A stretch of 64,000 nt of DNA from an uncultured Solirubrobacteraceae bacterium (GCA_963756205.1 CAVWMU010000015.1:16192-80191); one strand, 5' to 3'. Numbered from the stretch's first letter, positions 16,810 through 28,269 are shown. Notes: generated by a model from the sequence alone, not told the origin. Translations and numbers: made by a program.

Positions 16810-17106
16810 ATGCCGCTGTGGGTCTGGATTCTGTTCGCAGCCGCGCTGGTGAAGATCCCGCTGGCGGGACTGATGCTGTGGATCCCGTTCCGTTACGACG
16901 AGTCGATGAACGCCACCGACGTGCCCGACTCCTCCGAAGAGGACGGCGGCTCCAAGGCGCTTCCCGGCGGCCCGCTCGACCCCCACCCCCGCGCCCCGCG
17001 CACGCCCCGGCCGCGCCGCGGTCCCCACGGCTCCTCGCCGCCGCCTTCTCCGCGACGCGTGCGCACCGCGATTCGCGGCAAGCGTCCGCTGCGCGTGTCC
17101 CACTAG
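16810..17106 (+). CDS. Small membrane-anchored hypothetical protein
   Basis: Hydrophobic N-terminus ([27 protein letters not shown]) and Pro/Arg-rich tail. Confidence 0.6.
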   Translation: MPLWVWILFAAALVKIPLAGLMLWIPFRYDESMNATDVPDSSEEDGGSKALPGGPLDPHPRAPRTPRPRRGPHGSSPPPSPRRVRTAIRGKRPLRVSH

Positions 17107-17167
17107 TCTCGGCCCCACTCGCGGGCGCCCCACCTGCGAGTGGGGCCGCCGCGCACCTGCGAGCGTC

Positions 17168-17659
17168 TCAGCGGTTGCGCTTGCGCTGCTGGCGCGCCGC
17201 CTTCGCTTTCGCGCGCCGCTTGCGCATCGCCGCCTCGGAGTGTCGCGACGCGGCTGCTTCGAGGAGGTCGCCGTCGCCCGCGGGCGCCACTTTGCGGGCG
17301 TCGCGGACAATCACTACCGCGACGCCCATCAGCAGCAGCACCGCTGCGCCCAGCACCACCACGATCGTCGTGTGCGAGTTGTGCGGTTCCGATTCGCTCG
17401 TCGAGGCGGTGGACGTCGTTTTGGTCGCCGTGCTCGCCGTTTCCGTTTCCGGGGCGCCTTCGGTCAGGTTTTGCAACGCACCCCCGTTGAGGCTCGCCGC
17501 GCCCGCGGCGTACGCCGGCGCGAGCGCCAACGCCAACAGCGCCGCCAGGCACAGCGCGCACGCACGTGCGCGCTGCCTGCGCGATGGGCGAAGTGGACGG
17601 CGGCTCGGGGATGTGCGAAGTGAACGGCTCAGCACGCCGCGAGCATACCGCCTGGGCAT
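17168..17659 (-). CDS. Hypothetical exported/membrane protein (start uncertain)
   Basis: Signal-like segment, Ser/Thr linker, TM helix, basic tail KAKAARQQRKRNR. Confidence 0.6.
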   Translation of the reverse strand: MPRRYARGVLSRSLRTSPSRRPLRPSRRQRARACALCLAALLALALAPAYAAGAASLNGGALQNLTEGAPETETASTATKTTSTASTSESEPHNSHTTIVVVLGAAVLLLMGVAVVIVRDARKVAPAGDGDLLEAAASRHSEAAMRKRRAKAKAARQQRKRNR

Positions 17660-17733
17660 CTGAGGGCCGAGCGGCGATCCGCGTCCGCGACGCCTCCCGC
17701 GTCGCTGCTCGCCACCCCATAGAATGGCGGCCG

Positions 17734-18336
17734 ATGCCCCCCAAACAACGTCAGGTCCGCGTCGAACAGCGCGGCGGTATCGAGGCGATCCAGGCGCTCG
17801 AGCAGCGCTCGGACGAGGAGCTCGAAGCCGAGACCAAATACAAGGCCGCCGCCATGGCGATCCTCGGCGCGCGCGCCGCCGAGCGCTTCGACGCGGAGGC
17901 CGCACGCGGCTTCTTCCAGCGCGCGATCGCCGCCGCCCGCCCGCAGGAGCGAATGCAGATCAGGCGCATGGCCGACGCATCGCTGGCGCTGGCCGAACGC
18001 CGCGCGGGAGACCTCAAGAGCGCGGTCGAGCGACTCGGCCAGGCGCCCCCCAGCGGCCGGCAGCTGCTCGCGCTGCGCGCGATGGGCCTGCTGATCCCCC
18101 CCGCCTCCGCGGGCATCCTCGCGCGTGTGCGCGGCGTCCTGCTGATCATCGCGCTGATCGTGGTGCTGCTCGCGATCGGCCTCGGGATCGTGGAGCTGGT
18201 CGCGCTCCCCTTCGGTGGGCTCGGCCTGGCGCCCGGCATCCTGCTCGGGCTGTTCCTGGTGATAGCGGTCCTCGCAGTCATCGCGACGATCGGACGGCGC
18301 CGGCGCGACCGCGCACGCAAAGCCCCGTCTGCCTGA
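17734..18336 (+). CDS. Hypothetical protein, helical N-domain plus two C-terminal TM helices
   Basis: MPPKQRQVRVEQRGG… followed by hydrophobic segments. Confidence 0.65.
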   Translation: MPPKQRQVRVEQRGGIEAIQALEQRSDEELEAETKYKAAAMAILGARAAERFDAEAARGFFQRAIAAARPQERMQIRRMADASLALAERRAGDLKSAVERLGQAPPSGRQLLALRAMGLLIPPASAGILARVRGVLLIIALIVVLLAIGLGIVELVALPFGGLGLAPGILLGLFLVIAVLAVIATIGRRRRDRARKAPSA

Positions 18337-19321
18337 TCGTGAACCCCGCCGCAGGCGGGGGCAGGGCCGGGCGTCTGGCACCCGCCGCCGAGCGGGCGTT
18401 GCGCGAGCACGGCCTGACGGTGCGTCGCGCCGACACGCGCGACCTCGCCCACGCGCGCGCGCTGGCACGCGAAGCGGCCGCCCGCGGCGAGACGATCGTG
18501 GCGCTCAGCGGCGACGGCATGGTCGGCGCGCTCGCCGACACGCTCAGGGGGCTGCCCGGCGCGGTGCTCGGCGTGATCCCCGGCGGGCGCGGCAACGACC
18601 TCGCGCGCGTGCTCGAGATACCCGACGACGTGGCGGGCGCGGCCGCGATCGTCGCCGACGGATACTCGCGGCCGGTCGACCTCGGGCTCGTCGAGAGCGA
18701 GGACTCGGCCGCGGGCCAACTCGAGGGCCACGGCGGGGGCGGGCAGGCGTTCGTGGGGATCGCCTCGGCGGGCTTCGACAGCGACGCCAACCGCATCGCC
18801 AACGAGGCGCCGGCGTGGCTCGGCGGTCTCGTGTACGTGTACGGAGCGCTGCGGGCGCTGCTCGCATGGCGCCCGGCGCGCTTCGAGATCGAGCTGGACC
18901 CTCCGGGCGAGCGGCGCAGCTTCACCGCCTTCTCGGTCGGCGCCGCCAACTCGAAGGCGTACGGAGGCGGCATGCGCGCGGCGCCGGACGCGCTGCTCGA
19001 CGACGGCCTGCTGGAGGTGGTGGTGCTCGAGAGCGTCGGCAAGCTGGAGCTTCTTGACGAAGATCCTGCCGAAGGTGTTCAGCGGCACGCACGTGCGCGA
19101 GCCCGGCGTGCACGTCTTCCGCGCGCGCGAGATCGCGCTCAGCGCCGACCGCCCGTTCACGATGTACGCCGACGGCGACCCCGATCGGCGAGCTGCCGGT
19201 GCGCGTGAGCGCGCTGCGGGGCGCGGTACGATGCTGGCGCCCCCGCGGCGTGGACCGGCGTCCGGACGCGGCCTTCTCGCAAGACCCCCCGGCGTCCCGC
19301 CGCGGACGCTGCGGACGCTGA
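18315..19321 (+). CDS. Diacylglycerol/lipid kinase family (YegS/DAGK-like), frameshifted, start approximate
   Basis: IVNPAAGGG, GDG, IPGGRGNDLA, YGGG, DDGLL, YADGD motifs spread over several frames. Confidence 0.85.
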
Positions 19322-20781
19322 TGGCTGGCACCTCCGCGGCCAAGCTCGCGCTCGCGCGCGCGGCGTCGGGGCGATCTCGCGGCTGCGCGGCGGCGGCGGC
19401 ACGAGCGCCCCGGGCAAGCTGCTGATGCGGCTCGCGCCCGACGCGATCGGCGACGCTCGGCGCGCGCCTGCCGCGCGGCAGCGTGCTGATCTCCGCCACC
19501 AACGGCAAGACCACGACCGCCGACGATGGCCGCAGGCATCCTCGATCGCGCGGGGATCGCCCTCGTGCACAACCAGCGCCGGCGCGAATATGGCCGGCGG
19601 GATCGCCACGACGCTGCTCGACGCCGCGCGCCCGCGCGGCGCCGATCGCCGGCGAGCTCGGCCTGTTCGAGGTCGACGAGCTGTGGCTCGCCTCGCTCGC
19701 CGGCGCAGCTGCGGCCGCGCGCGATCCTGCTCGGCAACCTGTTCCGCGACCAGCTCGACCGCTACGGCGAGCTCGACACGATCGCCGAGCGCTGGGCGCA
19801 GGTGCTGCGCGAGGGCGACCGCCAGCGAGCTCGTGCTCTGAACGCCGACGACCCGCTGCTCGCCGACCTCGGCCGCGAGCATCCGCGGCGTCCTGTACTT
19901 CGGCGTGCACGACGACTCGCTGGCGCTGCCCGGGATGGCGCACGCGGCGGACGCCAAGCACTGCCGGCGCTGCGGCGCGCCGTACGTGTTCGACGCGATC
20001 TACCTGGGCCACCTCGGCCGCTACCACTGCCCGAGCTGCGGCCAGTCGCGGCCCACGCCGGCGGTCACGGCCACCGACGTGCGCCTGCAGGGCGTGCGCG
20101 CCGCCCGCTTCACGCTCGACACGCCCGCCGGCCGGGCCGAGGTCTCGCTGTCGCTGCCCGGGCTGTACAACGTCTACAACGCCCTCGCCGCCGCCGCGCT
20201 GGCCACCGTGCTGGAGATCCCACTGGAGACGATCGTCGCCGGCCTCGCCGCCACGAGGCCCGCGTTCGGGCGCGCGGAGAGCGTCACCGTGTCGGTCCCC
20301 GTGCCGCCCGCCACCTTCGCCGCCGAGGCCGCCGGCGCGCTCGCCACGCCATCGGCGCGGCGCGAGCTGCGGATCCTGCTCGTCAAGAACCCAGCCGGCG
20401 CCAACGAGGTGCTGCGCACGCTCGCGCTCGAGCCCGGGCAGCACGACCTGCTGGGGGTGCTCAACGACAACATCGCCGACGGCCACGACGTGTCGTGGAT
20501 CTGGGACGCCGACTTCGAGCTGCTGGCGGGGCGCATCCGGCGGGCGACGTGCAGCGGCACACGCGCCGCCGGACCTGGCCGCTGCGGCTGAAGTACGCCG
20601 GCGTCGACCCGTCGCGCATCGACGTGCGCGAGGACCTCGCGCACGCGCCTAGGCGCCGCCGCCGCCGACCGGCCCGACGCGGCCAACGAGCCGCTCTTTC
20701 GCGCTGCCCACATACACGGCGATGCTCGCGCTGCGCGAGCTGCTGGTCGCGCGCGGGGAGGCGAGCAGCGCGTGGTCGTGA
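19321..20781 (+). CDS. murT: Lipid II isoglutaminyl synthase subunit MurT (Mur ligase + DUF1727), frameshifted
   Basis: TNGKTTT, GANM, FEVDE, NLFRDQLDRYGE, CxxC Zn motifs, LVKNPAG, DVSWIWDADFE, PTYTAML. Confidence 0.9.
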
Positions 20782-21542
20782 ACGCCTCCCACGGAGCCGG
20801 CCGCGGCGATGCGCGTGCCGGCGAACGCCTCTACGAGGGGGCGAGCGCGGTCATCTGGCACGACCTCGAGTGCGGCCGCTATAGCGCCGACCTGCCTCTC
20901 TGGCGCGAGCTCGCCGCCGGCGCTGACGCGGTGCTGGACATCGGCGCGGGCAGCGGGCGCGTGACGCTCGATCTCGCCCTTCGCGGCCGCCGCGTCACCG
21001 CCCTCGACCTCGACGCGGAGCTTCTGCGCGCGCTGCGCGAGCGCGCCGCGGGGATGGCTGTCGAGACGGTGTGCGCGGACGCGCGCGCGTTCGCGCTCGA
21101 TCGCCGCGACTTCCCCGTGTGCATCGCGCCGATGCAGACCGTGCAGCTGCTCGGCGGCACGGCCGGCCGGCTGGAGTTCATGCGCCGCGCTCGCGCCCAC
21201 CTCGCGCCGGGCGGCCTGCTCGCGTGCGCGATCGCCGTCGAGATCGACGCGTTCGACTGCGGCGCCGGCGACCTCGGGCCCTCCCCGGAGATCGCGCGCG
21301 TGAACGGGGTCGACTACGTCAGCTGCGCCACGCGCGTGCACATCGGCAGGCGCATCGTGCGCATCGAGCGCGAGCGCACCGTGCTCGACGGCGCACAGCT
21401 CGACGTGGTGGAGCTCGATCGCGTCAGCGTCGCGCAGCTGCAGCGCGAGGGCCGCCAGGCCGGCCTCACGCCGACGGGTACCCGCGCGATCGCGGAGACC
21501 GAGGAACACACCGCGAGCGTGGTGGTGATGTTCGGTGCCTGA
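20778..21542 (+). CDS. Class I SAM-dependent methyltransferase
   Basis: VLDIGAGSGR, ADAR, HLAPGG. Confidence 0.85.
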   Translation: MNASHGAGRGDARAGERLYEGASAVIWHDLECGRYSADLPLWRELAAGADAVLDIGAGSGRVTLDLALRGRRVTALDLDAELLRALRERAAGMAVETVCADARAFALDRRDFPVCIAPMQTVQLLGGTAGRLEFMRRARAHLAPGGLLACAIAVEIDAFDCGAGDLGPSPEIARVNGVDYVSCATRVHIGRRIVRIERERTVLDGAQLDVVELDRVSVAQLQREGRQAGLTPTGTRAIAETEEHTASVVVMFGA

Positions 21543-22315
21543 GCCCGCGGCTGCGGCCGAGCCAGCCCTCGCCACCGCTCCCCCGCCCGCTGCGCGTTTG
21601 CGCGCTGTACCCGGACCTGATGAACATCTACGCCGACCGCGGCAACCTGATCGTGCTAGAGCGCCGCTGCGCGTGGCGCGGGATCGGCTTCCAGCTGTCC
21701 TCGAGCGGCCTCGGCGAGCCGCTGCGACGCCGACGCCCACGACCTGTTCTACATCGGCGGCGGCCAGGACCGCGACCAGCGGCTGTGCGCCCAGGACCTG
21801 ATCGACACCAAGCGCGACGCGCTGCACGCCGCCGCCGCGCGCGGCGCGGTCGTGCTGGGCGTGTGCGGCGGCTACCAGCTGCTCGGGCACTCCTACACGC
21901 TCGGCGATGATCGAGATCCCCGGCGTCGGCCTGCTCGACGTGCGCACCGTGCGCGAGGACGGGCCGCGCCTGATCGGCAACGTCGCGATCGAGGTCTCAC
22001 TCGACGGCGACGGCGCGCGTGTGCTCGCGGGCTTCGAGAACCACGGCGGGCGCACGTACCTCGGCGAGGGCCAGCAGCCGCTCGGACGCGTGCTGCGGGG
22101 ACACGGCAACGACGGTCGCAGCGGCCTCGAGGGCGCCCGCAGCGCGAACACCGATCGGCACCTACCTGCACGGTCCGCTGCTGCCCAAGAACGTGTGGTT
22201 CGCCGACTGGCTGATCGCGCGCGCGCTCGGCATCGACGCCGGCGAGCTCGCGCCGCTCGACGACGCGATCGAGCGCGCAGACCCACTGAGCGCGCGCCAC
22301 GCCGCCGGGGTCTGA
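21535..22315 (+). CDS. gatD: Glutamine amidotransferase GatD/CobQ-like, frameshifted
   Basis: LYPDLMNIYADRGN, GGGQD, GVCGGYQLLG, GFENHGG, TYLHGPLLPKN. Confidence 0.9.
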
Positions 22316-22414
22316 CGCGCCCGGGCCGCGATCGGCGTCCCGGCCGCCGTCGGATCGCCGCAAACTCCACGGTCGCTGCGTCCCGCTGCGGCGCGCGCGC
22401 CATAGGATCGCGCC

Positions 22415-22741
22415 GTGGAGCTCTCCGAGTACCAGCGCCTGTCGCGCCGCACCGCCGAGTACCCGCGCGAGCGCGTGGCTGGCCTACCCGGCGCTCGGGC
22501 TGGCCGGCGAGGCGGGCGAGGTTGCCGAGCACGCCAAGAAGGCGATCCGCGACGACGGCGGCGAGGTCAGCGACGAGCGCCGCGCAGCGATGTCCAAGGA
22601 GCTCGGCGACGTGCTCTGGTATGTGGCCCAGCTCGCCAGCGAGCTGGAGCTCGACCTCGACGAGATCGCGCAGGTAACCTCGACAAGCTGCTCTCGCGCC
22701 AGCGGCGCGGCGTGCTGTCGGGCAGCGGCGACGAGCGCTAG
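22415..22741 (+). CDS. MazG-like nucleoside triphosphate pyrophosphohydrolase, frameshifted
   Basis: YPALGLAGEAGEVAE…KELGDVLWY…NLDKL…GSGDER. Confidence 0.85.
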   Translation: MELSEYQRLSRRTAEYPRERVAGLPGARAGRRGGRGCRARQEGDPRRRRRGQRRAPRSDVQGARRRALVCGPARQRAGARPRRDRAGNLDKLLSRQRRGVLSGSGDER

Positions 22742-22751
22742 AGGCGCTCGA

Positions 22752-24059
22752 TCAGGAGGCGACGGCGAAGCGGGCGAAGCGCTCGGCCAGCCTGGCGGGC
22801 ACGAGGGCGTGCACGCGCACGCCCTCGGCGGTGTCCTCGCGGCTGACCTCGCCGGCGAGCTCGTGCAGCTCCGCCAGGCTGCCGCCGTCGGTGTACGGGC
22901 ACGAGCAGGTCGAGCGGGCGCAGCGTGTGCGCGAGCTCGCGCTCGAGGCGATCCGCCAGCTCCGCCAGGCCCTCGCCGGTGACGCCGCTGACGAGCACCG
23001 CGTCGGGGTGGCGCAGGCGCAGCTCATCACGCGCGTTCTCGTCGAGCAGGTCGATCTTGTTGAGCACGAGCACGCGCGGGCGCTCGCCGGCGCCGATCTC
23101 CTCGAGCGTCTCCTCGACCGAGCGTTTCATCATCTCCTGGTGGGCCTCCGGCGCGGAGGCGTCGAGCACGTGCAGCCAGCAGGTCGGCGCGGCGCGTCTC
23201 CTCGAGCGTCGCCGCCGAACGCGTCCACCAGCTGGTGGGGCAGCTTGCTGATGAAGCCCGACCGTGTCGGTCAGCAGGTGCGGGCGGCCCCCGAGCTTCA
23301 GCGTGCGCGTGGTCGGGTCGAGCGTGTGGAACAGGCGGTCGCGCACGCCCACCTCGGCGCCCGGTCAGCGCGTTCAGCAGCGTCGACTTGCCCGCGTTGG
23401 TGTAGCCCACCAGCGCGATCGTCGGCAGCGCCGCGCGCTCGCGCTCGGCGCGCTCACCGCGCGCGTGCCCTTCACGTGCTCCAGGCGCCGGCGCAGCGCC
23501 GCGATCCGGTCGCGCGCCAGCCGCCGATCGGTCTCGATCTGGGTCTCCCCCGGTCCCCTCGTGCCGATGCCGCCGCCCAGGCGCTCGAGGTGGCTCCACA
23601 GGCCGCGCATGCGCGCGAGGTTGTACTCCAGCTGCGCCAGCTCCACCTGCAGCTTGCCCTCGGCGCTGTTCGCGTGCGAGGCGAAGATGTCGAGGATCAC
23701 CGTCGTGCGGTCGACCACCGGCAGGCCGATCGCCTCCTCGAGGTTGCGCTCCTGGCGCGCGCTCAGCTCGTCGTCGCAGGCGATCACGTTCGCGTCGCAC
23801 GCGAGCGCCGCCGCCTTCGCCTCGGCCACCTTGCCCGGGCCCAGGTACGTGTTCGGGTGCGGCTGCTCGCGGCGCTGGATCATCTCGCCCACGACCGCCA
23901 CGCCCGCCGTGCGCAGCAGCTCGCCCAGCTCGCCAGATCCTCGCCGTCGGGCAGCGCCGCGATGCAGAACGCCCGCTGGCGGGCGCGCTGAGCGCCGTTG
24001 CCGAACTGCTCGGCGGGCTTCACGGTGACGGCGCTGCGACCGTTGCGGCTTCTATCCAT
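22752..24059 (-). CDS. hflX: GTPase HflX, frameshifted
   Basis: DRTTVILDIF, EGKLQVELAQL, GTRGPGETQIETDRR, GYTNAGKSTL, TLDPT, DTVG, NKID. Confidence 0.93.
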
Positions 24060-24157
24060 CCAACTCCCAGTCTAGGACGACCGGTATGCCGACAGGTGTT
24101 ATGACCGGTGAAGATTCGGTCCTACGAAGCACGCGCACACGGGTCTCCCAAAAAATG

Positions 24158-25330
24158 TCAACCCCGGAGCGTCCCCAGCCGCTGGACCGCCTCGAGCAGG
24201 CGCTCGTCGGGCGTCGTCAGCGAGATCCGAAACCAGCCCTCGCCAGCCGGCCCGTACACCGCGCCCGGCGAGAGCACCACGCCGCGTGCGCTCGAGCACG
24301 TGCTCGCAGTAGGCCTCCGAGCTGTCGAAGCCCTCCGGCATCGGCGCCCACACGTAGATCGTGCTGTGCGGCGGGCGTACGTCCACGCCGATCTCGCGCA
24401 GCGCGTCGCAGACCAGGTCGCGCCGGCGCCGGTACAGCTCGTTCATCGACGCCACCTCCGCGTCCGCGTCCGGCGAGAGCGCCGCCACCCCCGCCAGCTG
24501 GACCGCCTCGAACAGGCCCGAGTCGATGTTCGTCTTCAGCTGCCAGTAGGTCTCGAGCGCCTCGCGCGTTGCCGACCACCACCGCGCAGCGCCAGCCGGT
24601 CATGTTGTAGCCCTTCGACAGCGAGAACACCTCGATGCCCGACGTCCTTGGCGCCCGGCGTCTGCAGGAACGACGGCGCGCGGTAGCCGTCGAAGGTGAT
24701 CTCCAGTACGCGTTGTCGTGCACGACCAGGATCTCGTGCTCGCGCGCGAACTCGACCACCCGCTCGAAGAACCCCTCCGGACGACGCGCCCCGTCGGGTT
24801 GTTCGGGTAGTTGAGGTACATCAGCTTCGCGCGGCGCGCCACCTCCTCGTCGATCGCGCTCGAGGTCCGGGCACGAAGCCGTGCTCGGGCTCGAGCGCCA
24901 TCAGCACCGGCTCGGCGCCCGCCAGCCACGGCCCGCCCGTGTAGACCGGATAGCCCGGGTCCGCGGCGAGCGCGTAGTCGCCCGGGTCGAGGAACGCGAG
25001 GTTCAGGTTGAAGATCGCCTCCTTCGCGCCGATCGCCGGGATGATCTCGCGCTCGGGGTCGAGCCTCACGTCGAAGCGGCGCTCGTAGAAGTCGCGCACC
25101 GCGTCCCTGAAGTCCTCGCGGCCGCGGTTGCTCGGGTATTGGTGGGTCTCCGGCTCGGTCACCGCCTCCTGCATCGCCTCCACGATCAGCGGCGGCGTCG
25201 GGCGGTCGGGGTCGCCGATGCCGAGGCTGATCACGTCCACGCCCGCCGCGCGCTTCTCGGCGGCGATCTTGCGCTCCAGCTGGGCGAACGCGTACGGCGG
25301 GATGCGCTCCAGGCGCTTACTCGGTCTCAT
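24158..25330 (-). CDS. dapL: LL-diaminopimelate aminotransferase-like class I/II PLP enzyme, frameshifted
   Basis: [33 protein letters not shown]; directly downstream of dapF. Confidence 0.75.
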
Positions 25331-26243
25331 GCAGCTCCTTCACGAAGTCGTCGCTGAGGCGACCCTCGAACACGGGTCGCGCCCAGCCTGTCAGATCCAC
25401 GTGCAGATCCTCCCCCACCTCGACCTGCAGCTCTCCGCCATCGAGCAGCACCGTCACGTGCGCGCAGCCTCCGCGCCCGCGCCTGCCGAGCGCCGTTCGA
25501 GCACGTGCGCGATCGCGGCGCCGGTGGCGCCCGTGCCCGACGACAGCGTCTCGCCCACGCCGCGCTCGAAGATCCGCGCGCGGATGCGCGTCGCCTCGCC
25601 GCCGGACGCGCCCGGGGCGGCGGGCGCGCTCGGCACCAGCTCCGTGTACCACGACACGTTCGTCCGGTTTGGGAAAAGCGCGTGCGCCTTCGATCGCCGG
25701 GCCGATCGCCCGCAGGTCCAGCGCCTCCAGCTCTGCGAGTCGAGTCGACGTGGATCGCGCACTGCGGGTTGCCGATCGACACGTGCTGGAAGCGCCACTC
25801 GCGCCCGCCCGCGCTGAGCGCGCCGCGCCCGTCCGCCGACCCGCCCGCGAAGTCCTCGGAGGTCAGGCTCGCCGTGCCCATGTCCACCGTGCACGTGTCC
25901 GGACCCGTGATCGTCGGGCGTATCACTCCCGCCGCCGTCTGGATCGCAGAAGGTATCTGCGCTCTGTCCAGTCGCGCCGGCGCAGGTACAGGATCGCCTC
26001 GCGCGCGCCGTTGCCCGACAGCTCGGCCTCCGAGCCGTCCGGGTTGAAGATGCGCAGGTCAGCCACGTGCGCCGGGTCGGCCGGCGCCGACAGCAGCAGG
26101 ACGCCGTCCGCGTACACGCCGAAGTGGCCCTCGCACAGCCTGCGCACGCGCGCCGGCGTCAGCTCGAACGGCAGCTGCTCGCGCTCCACGATCAGGTAGT
26201 CGTTGCCGAGCGCCTGCCACTTCTCGAATCGCATCGCCGCCAT
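25317..26243 (-). CDS. dapF: Diaminopimelate epimerase, frameshifted
   Basis: FEKWQALGNDY, FNPDGSEAELSGNG, VDMG, IGNPQ, FERGVGETLSSGTG. Confidence 0.92.
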
Positions 26244-26255
26244 CGCGCGGGCAGT

Positions 26256-27185
26256 CTAGGCACAATTCTCCAGCAGCTCCACGATCTCCGCCGCCACCGC
26301 CCCGGGATCGCGTCCGGTGACGTCCATCACGCGCACGCCCGCCAGCTTGCGCATCCACGTCAGCTGGCGCTTGGCGTAGTTGCGCGTGTGGCGCTTCATC
26401 GCCTCCACGTCTCCCGCCAGCAGCTCCTCGAAGCCGAGCGCCTTGCGCGCCGTCTGCGACGCGCCCTGCGCGTGCGCGAGCAACACCTCCTCGCGCGCGC
26501 CAGCCGCCAGCATCGCGTCCACGCGCGCGTCGATCGCCGCGTACAGCGCCTCGCGCTTCATCGTCAGCCCCGCCAGCAGCGTCGGGCGGCGCACCTCATC
26601 GCTCCACAGCTGCGAGGTGCCCGCCGGCGGTCCCTGGGTGGTTGGGCCGGGATCGCGGAGCTCGCCGAGGTCCGCCAGCTCCAGCGCCCGCACCAGCCGC
26701 TGGCTGTCGTTCGGGTCGATGCCCTGTGCCGCCCACGGCGCGCGCGCGGCGAGCCTCGCGTGCAACGCCGGTGCGCCGTGGCGCTCGAGCTCCGCCGTCC
26801 AGCGCTCGCGCACGCCCCGCGGCGGCGGCGGGCGCAGGCTCAGCTCGGTCAGCGCCGCGCGCAGGTACAGGCCCGTGCCGCCCACCACAATCGGACGGCG
26901 CCCCTCCTCCAGCAGCGCGTCGATCTGCGCGTGCGCCATACGCGCATAGCGGCCCGCGCTGAACGTCTCGTCCAGCGGCAGGAACGCCACCAGGCGGTGC
27001 TCCAGTTGCGCGCGCTCCTCCGCGCTCGCCACGCCCGTCAGCACCTCCAGGCCCGCGTACACCTGCAGCGCGTCCGCCGACACCGCCACCGGGTCCTCGC
27101 CGCGCGCGCGCAGCAGCTGCACCAGCGCCACCGCCACGGCGGTCTTGCCCACGCCCGTAGGTCCAAACAGCGCAACGATCCGCAT
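26256..27185 (-). CDS. miaA: tRNA dimethylallyltransferase
   Basis: GPTGVGKT, SADALQVY, VGGTGLY, YAKRQLTW. Confidence 0.95.
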   Translation of the reverse strand: MRIVALFGPTGVGKTAVAVALVQLLRARGEDPVAVSADALQVYAGLEVLTGVASAEERAQLEHRLVAFLPLDETFSAGRYARMAHAQIDALLEEGRRPIVVGGTGLYLRAALTELSLRPPPPRGVRERWTAELERHGAPALHARLAARAPWAAQGIDPNDSQRLVRALELADLGELRDPGPTTQGPPAGTSQLWSDEVRRPTLLAGLTMKREALYAAIDARVDAMLAAGAREEVLLAHAQGASQTARKALGFEELLAGDVEAMKRHTRNYAKRQLTWMRKLAGVRVMDVTGRDPGAVAAEIVELLENCA

Positions 27186-27205
27186 TGGGAATAGGCTCAC
27201 AGGTC

Positions 27206-27997
27206 GTGCAGATCTCCGGCTCCTCCGTGCTGCTCACCGGCGCCACCGGCGGCATCGGCCACGCGATCGCGCGGGCTCTGCGCGCACGCGGCGCCACGCT
27301 GATCCTCACCGGGCGGCGCGCCGACGTGCTCGAGCCGCTCGCCACCGAGCTCGGCGCTCGCTTCCTCGCCGCCGACCTCAGCGACCGTGTCGAGATCGAG
27401 CGCCTGATCGACGACGCCGGCCGCGTCGACGTCCTCGTCGCAAACGCCGCGCTACCAGCAACCGGGCGACTGGAGTCGTTCTCGATCGAGCAGATCGACC
27501 GCGCGCTCGACGTCAACCTGCGCGCGCCGATCGTGCTCGCGAGGGCGCTCGCCCCCGCCATGGTCAAGCGCGGCTCCGGCCATCTGCTGTTCATGTCCTC
27601 GCTCGCGGGCAAGGCCGCCACGCCAAGCTCCGCCCTGTACAACGCGTCCAAGTTCGGCCTGCGCGGCTTTGCCTCGGCCCTGCGCGCGGACCTGCGCGAC
27701 AGCGGCGTCGGCGTCTCCGCCGTCTTTCCCGGCTTCATCCGCGACGCCGGCATGTTCGCCGACGCCCAGGTCAAGCTGCCGCCAGGCATCGGCACGCGCT
27801 CGCCCGAGGACGTCGCCCGCGCCGTCGTGCAGGCGATCGAGCGCAACCGCGGCGAGGTCGACGTCGCGCCGCTGCCGCTGCGCGCGAGCACCCTGTTCGC
27901 CAGCGTCGCCCCCGAGCTCGCAGGCAACCTCGCCCGCAGGCTCGGCTCCGAGGACATCACGCGCAAATTGGCGGCCGGGCAGGGGGATAAGCGCTGA
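27206..27997 (+). CDS. Short-chain dehydrogenase/reductase
   Basis: TGATGGIG, ANA, YNASK. Confidence 0.92.
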   Translation: MQISGSSVLLTGATGGIGHAIARALRARGATLILTGRRADVLEPLATELGARFLAADLSDRVEIERLIDDAGRVDVLVANAALPATGRLESFSIEQIDRALDVNLRAPIVLARALAPAMVKRGSGHLLFMSSLAGKAATPSSALYNASKFGLRGFASALRADLRDSGVGVSAVFPGFIRDAGMFADAQVKLPPGIGTRSPEDVARAVVQAIERNRGEVDVAPLPLRASTLFASVAPELAGNLARRLGSEDITRKLAAGQGDKR

Positions 27998-28053
27998 CGG
28001 GTCTGGTACGGGCGCGGTTCAGAGCCGCGGCCCGACGACCGCCGACACCACGA

Positions 28054-28254
28054 TCACCAGCGAAGGGCACGAAGGATCTGCTCGTCGCGCTCAGCCCGAC
28101 CTTCGTGGATCAGCTTCACCATCTCCTCTGCCGTTACACCTGTAACCGGCTCGTCGTCCGCCAGACGGTCGAGCCAGTCGCGAGTGGCTGACGCCGTTCC
28201 GTCAGGCTCGGGCTCGTTGAGGCCAAACTCGCTCTGGTTCCCTGCTTCGGCCAT
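28054..28254 (-). CDS. Small hypothetical protein (antitoxin-like C-terminus)
   Basis: 66 aa ending EEMVKLIHEGRAERD, resembling Vap/FitA antitoxin tails; 15 bp downstream of the radical SAM gene. Confidence 0.45.
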   Translation of the reverse strand: MAEAGNQSEFGLNEPEPDGTASATRDWLDRLADDEPVTGVTAEEMVKLIHEGRAERDEQILRALRW

Positions 28255-28269
28255 GGTCGTCGCATGTTC

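Noticed and set aside
17751-20486. 911-aa minus-strand ORF and similar long antisense ORFs (e.g. 44586-46601, 56986-58965)
   Set aside because: Antisense shadows of real genes, expected at this GC content.
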